Source: a virus
Lineage: Duplodnaviria > Caudoviricetes
DNA length: 57,657 nucleotides
Reading direction: 5' to 3' (one strand)
IMG/VR virus record: IMGVR_UViG_3300003332_000022
Coordinates: 1-57,657 of that record
The notes beneath the pieces are model-generated. The model was not told where the DNA came from and made no database searches. It saw only the letters and a list, made by a program, of their open reading frames with translations. A program made the position numbers and the translations under genes. This document shows, piece by piece, positions 26,776 through 36,643 of this stretch. Within the stretch, counting starts at the first letter, position 1. Each line of letters begins with the position of its first letter.

Positions 26776-28427
26776 TGGCATTTAATATTGAATATGTTTA
26801 TCAAATAACTGATAAATATTCAGCAAAATTAAAAAAAATAGTAGCCAATACTAACAAAGCTGGGAATGCCATTTCTAAAGTTAGTGAGAAAATGAAGAAA
26901 ACAGGCTATAAAATGACTAGCCTTAGAAACATTATTTCAGCTTCTTACGGGGCAGCTGCAGTGGCACTCCCAATAAAATTAGCGGCAGACTTTGAAGAAC
27001 AGATGATCAATGTAAGAAGAATTGTTGATTTTAAATCTGAAGATTCATTTAAAAAATTTAGGGAGGGAATTGAAAAAACAGCAGTACACTTAGGTAAAAT
27101 GCCATCTGATATTGGAAAGGTAGCATATGAAGCAGCCAAGCAAACTGGATCAGAAAAAGGATTATTAGGAGCTGTAAAATTAGCAGCTGAAGCAGGAATA
27201 GCATTTGATTTAGATTCTCTTTTTGCTGGGGAGGCAATTGGTAGACTAAAAGCAAGATTTGGCTTAGTTAATGATGAAGCAAGACTATTTCTTGACTCTA
27301 TTAATTATCTTGGAGACAGGAATGCTACAACTGGCCAAAGAATTATGAAGACTATTGGTTATGGTATGTCTGCGTTTGCAGGGCTAAAAGGAGTGCCAAA
27401 AGAATTTGTAGCTGGTTGGGCTACAGTTTCTAGTATATTGGTTGAAACTCCAAGGAAAGCCGCAACTGCGTTTAAAATCCTAACTGAAGATATGCAAGGG
27501 AATAGGTGGAAGAATAAATTCGCAAAAGGGCCACACAAAGCAATAATGGAACTTCTTGATTTTCTTAATCGTAAAAGTGCAAAATCAAGAATAAGATATT
27601 TAGATAAGCATTTTAGTAAACCAGCAGCTAGATTATTGAAACTTGCTACTGAAAATACAGATCAAGTAAATAGAGTATTTAATCAAGTAAAATCAGGTAA
27701 AGGTGCTGGATCTCTAGTTGATGAATTAAACAAAAAATTAAAAGGTACTAATACTGCTTTAGATAGAATGAAATCTGTTGCTGCAATAGTTGGAATTGCT
27801 ATTGGAGATATTGTGAATCCAACTATAAAACAAGCACAGCCAGCATTAACTGATTTAGCGTGGAATATAAGAGATTGGATAGTAATTCACCCTAAAATAA
27901 CAAAATGGATTGTTGGGATAGTTGCTGGCTTTGCTGCGTTGATGCTATTTATAGTTGCTTTCGGATTGATATCAATAGCTGTTGGAGCTTTAATTGCACC
28001 AGTAGGTGCTATTTTTGGTTTTTTATTTGGCATACCAGGTTTGATTATCTTAATTATAGGTGGGTTTATATATTTGGCAAATAAAGCTGGTCTATTTAAA
28101 AACACAATTAAGTCTGTGCTTTTCTTTATAAAAGAAATTAAAAAATGGTGGGATAAGATTGATTTTACCAAATTTAGTTTTTTTAATAAATTGCCTAAAT
28201 GGGTTCAGAATATGTTTACTGGTTCTTCACAAATTGTAACCTTAGAAAGACCCAAAGATGGCTGGCCTGGTGAAAAACAACAATCTGTTTCTTCTAGTTC
28301 TACAGTGAGTAAGGCTTTCATAGATTTAATAATAAAAGCCACTACTGAAAAAGGAACAGAAATAGTAGATTATAATTCAGATAGTTCAGCTTCTATGAAC
28401 CTTGGATTTTATATGGGAGATTATTAA
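26775..28427 (+). CDS. Tape measure protein
   Basis: AADFEEQM..VRR, DSINYLGD (TP901-core-like), hydrophobic C-terminal segment. Confidence 0.85.
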   Translation: MAFNIEYVYQITDKYSAKLKKIVANTNKAGNAISKVSEKMKKTGYKMTSLRNIISASYGAAAVALPIKLAADFEEQMINVRRIVDFKSEDSFKKFREGIEKTAVHLGKMPSDIGKVAYEAAKQTGSEKGLLGAVKLAAEAGIAFDLDSLFAGEAIGRLKARFGLVNDEARLFLDSINYLGDRNATTGQRIMKTIGYGMSAFAGLKGVPKEFVAGWATVSSILVETPRKAATAFKILTEDMQGNRWKNKFAKGPHKAIMELLDFLNRKSAKSRIRYLDKHFSKPAARLLKLATENTDQVNRVFNQVKSGKGAGSLVDELNKKLKGTNTALDRMKSVAAIVGIAIGDIVNPTIKQAQPALTDLAWNIRDWIVIHPKITKWIVGIVAGFAALMLFIVAFGLISIAVGALIAPVGAIFGFLFGIPGLIILIIGGFIYLANKAGLFKNTIKSVLFFIKEIKKWWDKIDFTKFSFFNKLPKWVQNMFTGSSQIVTLERPKDGWPGEKQQSVSSSSTVSKAFIDLIIKATTEKGTEIVDYNSDSSASMNLGFYMGDY

Positions 28428-29668
28428 TGGCTGATTTAAGGCAATTAGCATCTCTACATCACAAATCTTCATTCCGTAGAGTAAATTTTATAACAGATTC
28501 AGAATCTGTAGATAGAGGACAAAAAGTAGCAGTTCATGAATATCCAAATAGTGATAAGAGGTTTGCTGAACCATTAGGCAAAATCCCTCCTATTATTGAT
28601 CTTCGTGCATATGTGGCTCAGGATAGCATTATAAACACAGATAATGCTTTTGAACAAAGAAAAAAATTAGAAGAGGCATTGGAGAAACCAGGCCCTGGAG
28701 AATTAATTCATCCAGTATATGGTGCAATTCAAGTTCAAGTTGGACCATATACTGTAAAATCCAATCAGCGGCAAATGGGCAGATTTGATTTTGAAATCAA
28801 ATTTTATTCATCAACAGTAGTAACTCCAAATCCAGTTAGAGCAAATAAGAATACCGCTAGACAAATTGCTTCTTTTATGAGGATTAATACTCATAAAACT
28901 TTAGATGATTTATATGAAGACCCAGAAGATTCATTTAGCATTTTTGATGCAGTGGATACTGTAAATGATGCACTAGATGCAGTAAATGATGCAATAAATG
29001 ATGTAGTTGATCCTATTGAAGAAGTTGTAGCTAAAACAAAATCATCAATTAATAAATTTAGAAGTGGGATATATTCTATTGTTCAAACTGCAGCTGGAAT
29101 GAAAAATTCATTTGAAGATTTATATAATACTTTTATCCAATTGTCTCTTGATCCTGGTACTCTTTCAAATGCTTGGATGAATTTAATTAATTTTGGAACA
29201 GATAGTGATGGTAAACCATCTCCTAAAAGATCATCCAGTACTTATAAAAGATCTGTTGCTGCAAATAATAGAAAAACAATTGAATCTTATAACCAGACAA
29301 TTGGATACGCTGGTTTGATGGAAGGGATAGGTAATACTGATTTTGCTAGTACTGCTGAATTAAATGAAGCTATAGAAGAAGCAGATCAGATTTATTCAAA
29401 TTTATTTGAAAATAATCCAAGTGATTTAAATTTAGATCCTGATGTTCGTTCAAGCGCATTAGATTTAAAAGATGCTGTAAGAACAATATTGGATTCACAA
29501 TCTGCTAAAACTTGGAGATCTCAAGAATTAGATCCTGGATTTACTTCTTTATCATTGGCTTCATATAGGTATTATGGAAATATAGATTTATTACAAACGC
29601 TAATAGATTTAAATCCTGACCAATCAGTATCTCAGATAAAAAATCCAATACAGGCTATTACAACATGA
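28427..29668 (+). CDS. Mu gpN-like DNA circularisation/tail protein
   Basis: SSFRRVNF, VAVHEYP..D....LG, PGELIHPVYG. Confidence 0.85.
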   Translation: MADLRQLASLHHKSSFRRVNFITDSESVDRGQKVAVHEYPNSDKRFAEPLGKIPPIIDLRAYVAQDSIINTDNAFEQRKKLEEALEKPGPGELIHPVYGAIQVQVGPYTVKSNQRQMGRFDFEIKFYSSTVVTPNPVRANKNTARQIASFMRINTHKTLDDLYEDPEDSFSIFDAVDTVNDALDAVNDAINDVVDPIEEVVAKTKSSINKFRSGIYSIVQTAAGMKNSFEDLYNTFIQLSLDPGTLSNAWMNLINFGTDSDGKPSPKRSSSTYKRSVAANNRKTIESYNQTIGYAGLMEGIGNTDFASTAELNEAIEEADQIYSNLFENNPSDLNLDPDVRSSALDLKDAVRTILDSQSAKTWRSQELDPGFTSLSLASYRYYGNIDLLQTLIDLNPDQSVSQIKNPIQAITT

Positions 29669-30732
29669 GTTTATCAATAGTTTTAGCAGGTGATGAATAT
29701 AAAGATTTTAAGAGTGCACATGTAGAGCGTAATATTGAAACTGCTTGCAGTTTTTTTGAATTTGTAGCAACTGTTTCTGAAAATAAACTTATGCCCATTC
29801 ACGAATCTGATTCAGTTAAAATTTTAGCAGATGGAGAATTAATACTTACTGGATGGGTTGATTCATATACTATTAATTATGATCATAATTCGCATACTGT
29901 AAATATTAAAGGAAGAAGTCGAACTCAAGATTTAGTTGATTGTAGTGCTCCATCTGTTAAAGAATATGAAAAAATCGGGTTTTATGCTTTAGTTGAAGAT
30001 GTGTGCAAAAAATTTGGCATTGCTGTGATAAACAATATTGCTGATCCAATAGATCCATTTTTAGATATAGAAAGTAGTGAACTTGGTCAAACTGCGTTTT
30101 CTTTTTTAGAACCATTTGCTAAAAGAAGACAAGTATTGCTAACTGATGATGAATATGGAAGGTTAGTAATCACAAGAGGAGCTAAAGAAAAGTCAGGATT
30201 ACAGCTGAAGAATATATTAAATGGGAAGGATAACAATATAAAAAGCGGAGCCAGGAAAACGGATGTATCCAGCCTATACAGTCAATATGGGGCATTGATG
30301 CAAGACTATCCCCTTGATTTGACTGATTTTACTACAATAGCTGAACTTTTAGAAGACTCAGGAGCTGCAACTGATTTTGAAATTCGGCCTGCTAGAAAAT
30401 TAGAATTTTATACTGAAGAGGAAACTGAGGCATTTAATTTAACTGATAGAGCGAATTGGGAAAAATCAATTAGAAGAGCAAGGGCATTTACTTATAGTTG
30501 TACAGTCCAAGGGCATACTTATAAAGATGAACTTTGGAAAACAAATATCCTATATAAAGTATTTGATGATTTCACACAAGTCCATACTGAATTATTATGT
30601 AAAAGAATAACTTACAACTATTCTGTCCATGAGGGTTCTACCACTACTTTATATTTTACCTTTAAAACTGCATACACTTTAGAGGCTGAAAAGGAACAAA
30701 TAATCTTAAATGATAAGTATGAATTTTATTAA
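29665..30732 (+). CDS. Baseplate hub (Mu gp44/gpP-like)
   Basis: ILTGWVD, GRSRTQDLVDCS, LWKTN; position. Confidence 0.85.
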   Translation: MSLSIVLAGDEYKDFKSAHVERNIETACSFFEFVATVSENKLMPIHESDSVKILADGELILTGWVDSYTINYDHNSHTVNIKGRSRTQDLVDCSAPSVKEYEKIGFYALVEDVCKKFGIAVINNIADPIDPFLDIESSELGQTAFSFLEPFAKRRQVLLTDDEYGRLVITRGAKEKSGLQLKNILNGKDNNIKSGARKTDVSSLYSQYGALMQDYPLDLTDFTTIAELLEDSGAATDFEIRPARKLEFYTEEETEAFNLTDRANWEKSIRRARAFTYSCTVQGHTYKDELWKTNILYKVFDDFTQVHTELLCKRITYNYSVHEGSTTTLYFTFKTAYTLEAEKEQIILNDKYEFY

Positions 30733-30750
30733 TCTAAACAATGAAAAACA

Positions 30751-30779
30751 TATACTTTCAAATCGTTTTTTAGTAGAAT
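30751..30779 (+). promoter_or_regulatory. Internal promoter TATACT-17-TAGAAT; probable leaderless transcript
   Basis: The spike ATG lies 7 nt after the -10 box, with no SD. Confidence 0.45.
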
Positions 30780-30785
30780 AATAGT

Positions 30786-31502
30786 ATGAATCCTATTAAA
30801 ACAAAATTTTTAAATCTAATAAAACAAGCATATATTAGCTTAGTTGGCGATGATGATAGGCCATACCCAAGAGGGGAATCAACAGCTAGTGGCAAAATAT
30901 CAAAATTTGTAAGAATGTCAGTATATGGGGTATGTTCTAATCCTCCAAAAAATTCTCATGTACTGATGTTCAACTCTCAAGGCAGAGAATCAAATAAATT
31001 TGGGTTTATAAATGATTTTGTAAATAGGAAAAAAGATCTTTTAGAAGGTGAAGCTGCTTTAGTGAATACTATGACTGGCGCTTTTGTTTTGATGAAGGCA
31101 GATGGTTCAGTTCACATTAGTGGATTGGATAAACTAGATGTAGATTCTGATCTGAATGTTGATGGAGATATAAATGTAACAGGAGATGTTAATATTGATG
31201 GAAATGCCAATGTTGAAGGAGATGTTACAGCAGTTGGCGATGTTACAGCAGAAGGCGATATTGTTGCAGATTCAGCAGGAACAGCAATATCATTATTAGA
31301 TCACTTCCACCAAGGGAATCTTGGATACCCGACAGATAAGCCAATTATGGCTGGTGGTGGAACTACACCTTCAACTAAGCCAACAACCAATTCCAATGGG
31401 GATATTATAACAGGAGTTGAAGCAACAAGTCTCGACAATCATACTCACCCATATAGCTGGACTGATACAGCAGGATCTGGTAATACTGAATCCCCAAATT
31501 AA
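30786..31502 (+). CDS. Baseplate central spike (Mu gp45-like)
   Basis: YGVCSNPP, LLEGEAAL, VxGD beta-helix repeats, HxH motifs. Confidence 0.85.
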   Translation: MNPIKTKFLNLIKQAYISLVGDDDRPYPRGESTASGKISKFVRMSVYGVCSNPPKNSHVLMFNSQGRESNKFGFINDFVNRKKDLLEGEAALVNTMTGAFVLMKADGSVHISGLDKLDVDSDLNVDGDINVTGDVNIDGNANVEGDVTAVGDVTAEGDIVADSAGTAISLLDHFHQGNLGYPTDKPIMAGGGTTPSTKPTTNSNGDIITGVEATSLDNHTHPYSWTDTAGSGNTESPN

Positions 31503-31504
31503 TT

Positions 31505-31957
31505 ATGATTGATATAAAAGCATCACTAACAGAAGATGGAAGTTTCACTATTGGTTTTACAGATGGGGATCTAGCAAAAGAAGATGGTTTTGATACTGCC
31601 ATAAATTTATCTTTATTTACAGACAAAAGAGCATCTGAAGATAGAATATCAGATCCTAGTAAAAGAAGAGGGTGGCTTGGAAATGTTGCCTCTCCAGTTG
31701 AAGGCAGGCAATTAGGAAGTCTTTTGTGGCTTATTAACCAAAGAAAATTAATACCTGAAACGAGAAATGATGCAATATCTTATTGTACTGATGCTTTAAA
31801 CTGGATTGTAGAAGATGGATTTGCAAAATCAGTTACGACAACTGGGGAAATAATTCCAAGATTAGGAATTGAGCTTAAAATAACTATTGTTCCAAATACA
31901 GGTGATGAATTAGTTTATTACAGAAGACTATGGGAGCTGACTGGAAATGCCTCTTAA
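31505..31957 (+). CDS. Baseplate protein (Mu gp46-like)
   Basis: TAINLSLFTDKRA, RRGWLG, GSLLWL, ALNWIVEDG. Confidence 0.88.
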   Translation: MIDIKASLTEDGSFTIGFTDGDLAKEDGFDTAINLSLFTDKRASEDRISDPSKRRGWLGNVASPVEGRQLGSLLWLINQRKLIPETRNDAISYCTDALNWIVEDGFAKSVTTTGEIIPRLGIELKITIVPNTGDELVYYRRLWELTGNAS

Positions 31958-33251
31958 TTTACCAACATATCAAACAATAGTAGATAGGAACAGATCTGAT
32001 TTAAAAAGATTTTTAGAAGATCTTGATCCAACTATTTATGCTTCATTGATAAGAGCAATTGTCGATTCAAATTCAGGAAGGCATTATGATAGCACTTTAT
32101 CAATTAATCAATTAGCCAAAGAATTATTTCCAGATACTGCTAGTCTTGATTATTTAACTCGCTGGGCAGCATATGAAGGATTGACTCCATTTTCAGAAGA
32201 ACAATCAGAAGGTTATTATGTTGCAACTGGTACAGCAGGGTCAATTATTCCTGCTGGTAGAAAAGTGTCCACTCAAGATGGTAATAATTACAATGTTAAT
32301 TTAGCGGCAACGATAGCAAATAATAGCATAAGCATAACTTCTTTAACAAGAGTTGGATCTATTGTAACTGCTGTAACAAGTGAGCCTCATAAATTTGCTT
32401 CGAATATGGAAGTGAATATAACTGGGGCTACACCAATAGACTATAATGGAACATATACTATTATAGCTACTGCTGAAAATGAGTTTACTTACACAATATC
32501 TGCTACCCCTACAACTCCCGCTACTGGAACAATATTAGCTGATGCAGATTGTGCGTATGTATATATCACTTCTGATGAATCAGGACAAGTTCAAAATTTA
32601 GATTCAGGTGCTCAACTAGACCTTACTACGTTGGAGGCTGGAGTTGATCAAACAGGATATGTAGCAGTATTAGGAGTACTTGGAGGCAGGGATACTGAAA
32701 CAAAAGCAAGTTTGTTAAATAGGACAGTTCAAAGTAGAGCAAATCCAGTAGCTAACTTTAATGTATCAGCAATAACACTAGCGGCACTTAGCATTCAAGG
32801 AGTTACTAGAGTAAAAGTAAAACGGATAACTCCTGATATTGGCGATGTTACAATTTTATTTGTAAGAGATGGAGATGCTAACATAATTCCTTCTGTGTCT
32901 GAGGCGGCAGAAGTAAAAGCGGCAATTGTAGATATTATGCCTGCTAATAGTTCTGAAAGTGATATCCATGTTCCTACTGTAACTGCTGTAGAAACTAATT
33001 ATGATTTTCTTGTTATCTCTCCATCTACTGTGACAATGAGAGCTGCAATTGAAGCCAATATAAAAGCATTTTATCAAGATGAAGTGGATTTTGAAACTAG
33101 CATATCAGAAGATCAATACCGAGCAGCTATTATTGACACAATTGATCCAGATACGGGAGAAAAATTGAGTTCTTTTACTTTAAATAATCCAACTACTGAT
33201 ATTACAGTAGGTGATGATTCAATAGGGACTCCAGGTGATATAACATTTTAA
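31947..33251 (+). CDS. Baseplate J-like wedge protein (Mu gp47)
   Basis: LFPDTA..YL.RWA, GGRDTET...L..R, GVTRV. Confidence 0.88.
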   Translation: MPLNLPTYQTIVDRNRSDLKRFLEDLDPTIYASLIRAIVDSNSGRHYDSTLSINQLAKELFPDTASLDYLTRWAAYEGLTPFSEEQSEGYYVATGTAGSIIPAGRKVSTQDGNNYNVNLAATIANNSISITSLTRVGSIVTAVTSEPHKFASNMEVNITGATPIDYNGTYTIIATAENEFTYTISATPTTPATGTILADADCAYVYITSDESGQVQNLDSGAQLDLTTLEAGVDQTGYVAVLGVLGGRDTETKASLLNRTVQSRANPVANFNVSAITLAALSIQGVTRVKVKRITPDIGDVTILFVRDGDANIIPSVSEAAEVKAAIVDIMPANSSESDIHVPTVTAVETNYDFLVISPSTVTMRAAIEANIKAFYQDEVDFETSISEDQYRAAIIDTIDPDTGEKLSSFTLNNPTTDITVGDDSIGTPGDITF

Positions 33252-33255
33252 TATT

Positions 33256-33882
33256 ATGCCAAATTTATTTGATCCATTATCTGAATCTCTTAATCACCAA
33301 TTGCTAGCTGCCCATAATCCTCCTGGGAAATTTTGGGAAAAGACATTTGATATAGATGATGATTTTGGAAAACTTTTCCTTGGTCTTTCTGTTGAGTTTT
33401 ATAGGTTTCAAGTTCTGGAGAAGAAATTATATGACGAAATGGATATAGAGCAAGCTGATGAATTATTAGTTGATTGGGAAAGATCAGTTGGATTGCCAAA
33501 TTCTTGTTTGGAGACCACTACTGAGTCCATTACAAGAAGAAGAGAACAAGTTTATCAAATGTTCTCAAAATTTCAAGGTGTTCAAAAAACAGAAGATTTT
33601 ATAAGGGTGGCTGCGTTTTTTGGATATGTAATAAGTATTGTACCAGGTGGGGAAGTTGGAGTGTTTCCTCTTCCTATTCCTTTTATGTTTTCTTCAAGTG
33701 GTAAAGCAGCCAAGCATACAATATTTATGGTATTAACTAATATTCCATCAGGGGCGCAATATTTCCCATTGCCTGTTCCAATACCTTTTAGTTCAGGCGG
33801 GGCAACTTTTTTACAGTGTATTTTTAGTCAGCTGGCTCCAGCTAATGTTAAAGTCATAGTTATCAACCAAGGAGATTTATAG
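33256..33882 (+). CDS. Baseplate wedge protein (Mu gp48/YmfQ-like)
   Basis: PPGKFW, LLVDWERSVGLPNSC, A.FFGY, LQCIFSQLAPAN. Confidence 0.85.
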   Translation: MPNLFDPLSESLNHQLLAAHNPPGKFWEKTFDIDDDFGKLFLGLSVEFYRFQVLEKKLYDEMDIEQADELLVDWERSVGLPNSCLETTTESITRRREQVYQMFSKFQGVQKTEDFIRVAAFFGYVISIVPGGEVGVFPLPIPFMFSSSGKAAKHTIFMVLTNIPSGAQYFPLPVPIPFSSGGATFLQCIFSQLAPANVKVIVINQGDL

Positions 33883-35325
33883 ATGAGAGATATAACCGAT
33901 AAAATTGATGATGCTGGAAATACACTGCCAGCTGCTCAATTTAATGCGAATTTAAATTCAGAATTAAAAAATGTCGTATCAAGTGCGGACATAACTATGG
34001 ATGCAGATGGTGGCCCTGATACTGGTGGGCTAAATATGCTGGCTCAGTCAATATCAGCATATGCAAACGCTGGTGCATCATATGAAGATTCCGGGGCAGC
34101 AAATTCATATGTATTGTCAATTTCTACCAACTTGAAAACTACAACTAAATATTATGATGGCATGAAAGTTATTTTCAAAGTTGGTAATACCAATACTGGT
34201 GCCTCAACTGTGAACATTTCTTCTCTTGGATCAAAAGATATAACTACATTGGATGGCTCTGATCTTCCAGGAGATAAGTTGATTGCTGATACTTATGCGA
34301 CAATTGTTTATAATCTAACTGATGACCGATTTGAATTTATAGATCCTGCACAAGAAGGTATTACTGGAATATATAGAAATGTCATTATCAATGGGGATAT
34401 GCGAGTTGCTCAAAGAGGAACGAGTTTTGCTGCTGCTACTAACCAATATGTTTTAGACCGTTGGAAATATGTGGGAACTGCTGGAATAGTAACTGTTACT
34501 CAAGATTCAGATATGCCAGCAAATCATCCAGAATTACAAAATTCTCTTAAAGTTGATGTTACAACCCTAGATGCTTCGATTGCAGCTGGTGATTACTCCG
34601 CAATTGACCAAAGGATTGAAGGTTATAATCTTGCACCCTTTGTTGGTAAAGCAACAACTTTAAGCTTTTGGGTTAAATCTTCAAAAACTGGGACTTATTG
34701 TGTTGGATATATTAATGATGGATCTGATAGAAATTATATTTCTGAATACACCATAAATGTAGCAGATACTTGGGAATTTAAAGAGATCCCAGTGACATTT
34801 GATTATTCAGGAGGCACTTGGGATTACACAAATGGAATTGGATTGATAACAAGATTTTCTTTGGCTTGTGGAACCGACTTTCAAGCAGCTAAAGACATTT
34901 GGAATAGCTCAAATGACTGGGCAACATCAAGTCAAGTTAATTTTTTAGATTCAACATCAAACAATTTTTTCCTAACTGGTGTCCAATTGAATCTTGGCAC
35001 AACAGCGTTAGATTTTCAACCTCGGAGTTATGCGGAAGAGTTGGCCTTGTGCTTAAGGTATTACTATGAAAACACAATTACCTTTGGTGAATCTATAACA
35101 GGCATACTTAATGAATATTTCAGAAATTCAATTCTGCATCCTGTAAAAATGAGGACAACCCCTACGTTGGTAGATGAATCAACAACCACCCAAGGAGCAG
35201 CGGTAACAGTAACAACCTATGCACCAGGATCAAATGAAACAAGTGCAAATATTCTGGTAAAAGTCGATGGCGGAGGTGGGTGGTCATCAGGAATTATTAC
35301 TTTTAGTGCAGATTCTGAATTATAA
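33883..35325 (+). CDS. Tail fibre protein
   Basis: DSGAANSY...F...[10 protein letters not shown] module, [32 protein letters not shown]. Confidence 0.8.
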   Translation: MRDITDKIDDAGNTLPAAQFNANLNSELKNVVSSADITMDADGGPDTGGLNMLAQSISAYANAGASYEDSGAANSYVLSISTNLKTTTKYYDGMKVIFKVGNTNTGASTVNISSLGSKDITTLDGSDLPGDKLIADTYATIVYNLTDDRFEFIDPAQEGITGIYRNVIINGDMRVAQRGTSFAAATNQYVLDRWKYVGTAGIVTVTQDSDMPANHPELQNSLKVDVTTLDASIAAGDYSAIDQRIEGYNLAPFVGKATTLSFWVKSSKTGTYCVGYINDGSDRNYISEYTINVADTWEFKEIPVTFDYSGGTWDYTNGIGLITRFSLACGTDFQAAKDIWNSSNDWATSSQVNFLDSTSNNFFLTGVQLNLGTTALDFQPRSYAEELALCLRYYYENTITFGESITGILNEYFRNSILHPVKMRTTPTLVDESTTTQGAAVTVTTYAPGSNETSANILVKVDGGGGWSSGIITFSADSEL

Positions 35326-35335
35326 AAGGAGAGTT

Positions 35336-35662
35336 ATGTATAAAACAACAGGAAGTGGAGTAAAAAGATTATCTGATATGGCAAGCATCCCAAATGACCC
35401 CGCCAACACAGATTGGCAAGAATATCAAAAATGGCTGGCAGAAGGCAACACGCCAGAGCCAGAATTTACACCTGAAGAAATAGCAGCAAATGAAGCTATT
35501 CAATATCAGGCTGATAGGATTAGTGGTACAGAAGATGAACCATTGAAATATGCTTCTCAGACTGAACAGTTGGATATGCAATATTGGGATATAGTGAATA
35601 AAACAAGCAATTGGAAAGCTCATATTGCGGCTGTTAAATTAGCTCATCCAAAGCCTGAGTAA
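35336..35662 (+). CDS. Tail fibre assembly/chaperone protein
   Basis: [38 protein letters not shown]; AGGAG SD before ATG 35336. Confidence 0.75.
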   Translation: MYKTTGSGVKRLSDMASIPNDPANTDWQEYQKWLAEGNTPEPEFTPEEIAANEAIQYQADRISGTEDEPLKYASQTEQLDMQYWDIVNKTSNWKAHIAAVKLAHPKPE

Positions 35663-35664
35663 TT

Positions 35665-36093
35665 ATGACAACTCAAGGAATATCTGCAGGCAATGTTGTC
35701 TGGATTAATTTGATTGATGAACTGAATCTTGAGACAGGCAAAGGATATATTTTACAGAATGTGTCCTTTGTCAGTCATTGGTATTCAGAACAAGAATCTA
35801 TTCCTGTAGATGGTGATCCATATCACATATTCCTTCCAAAAGCACTAAAGAATATTATCCCACAAGCAGGAATTGGCATATGGGTTAAATCTGAAAATAA
35901 TTCAAGTAGAATAACGCTATCAGTTACTGAAGACCGATCAATAGTTGTAACAGAAGATAGTAGGGTAGATAGTCAAATTGCAAAATTATTTTCTCTTCTT
36001 AATAATGCAATTTTACTTCTGAGCAAAATCGAAACTCACCTCAGTTTTGTAACAGAAGAAAACATAAAAGAAAAGGATATAAATGATTATTGA
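35665..36093 (+). CDS. Putative virion protein
   Basis: In the late operon after the fibre; beta-rich N-terminus, helical C-terminus. Confidence 0.55.
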   Translation: MTTQGISAGNVVWINLIDELNLETGKGYILQNVSFVSHWYSEQESIPVDGDPYHIFLPKALKNIIPQAGIGIWVKSENNSSRITLSVTEDRSIVVTEDSRVDSQIAKLFSLLNNAILLLSKIETHLSFVTEENIKEKDINDY

Positions 36094-36634
36094 AGGAAGT
36101 GGAGATGGTGCAAATTTTACTGCTGGAGTAACAGAAGAAAATCGGTTAAAAGCTGAATGTGTTATTATGACAGAAGAGCATTATATTAATGCTGTTAAAG
36201 GCAAATCTTACACTATGCTGGTAAGTGTTACTCCTACTGGCCCTGGAGATTGTTTTTTATATTTGAAAAATAATGATGAAGACCCATTGGTAATTTCAGA
36301 ACTTACTCTATATTGTGCTGCTGATGAGTTTTTCCAATTTAAACTTGGAGATATTGGGATTCCTATTGGCGGAGCAGATGCTGCTCTCACAAATAGAAAT
36401 GCTGGATCTGGTAATGAGGCTGATGTAACAGCTTTATTTGGCGCAGACATTACTGGAATGTCAGGTGGTGGGATTGTTGCTGGTTCATTTGTAAAAGGTG
36501 GAGAGAATAGTCACAAAATTGAACCTAGATCTGGTATTATAATCCCTAAAAATAAAATATTCACAGGTTGGGTAGTTACAGGAACAGCAGCAGTTATAGC
36601 TGGAATGGGTATTTCATTTCATCACGAACATTAA
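36083..36634 (+). CDS. Putative virion protein
   Basis: Gly/Ala-rich beta protein, coupled to its neighbours. Confidence 0.55.
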   Translation: MIIEGSGDGANFTAGVTEENRLKAECVIMTEEHYINAVKGKSYTMLVSVTPTGPGDCFLYLKNNDEDPLVISELTLYCAADEFFQFKLGDIGIPIGGADAALTNRNAGSGNEADVTALFGADITGMSGGGIVAGSFVKGGENSHKIEPRSGIIIPKNKIFTGWVVTGTAAVIAGMGISFHHEH

Positions 36635-36643
36635 AGGTAAGTT

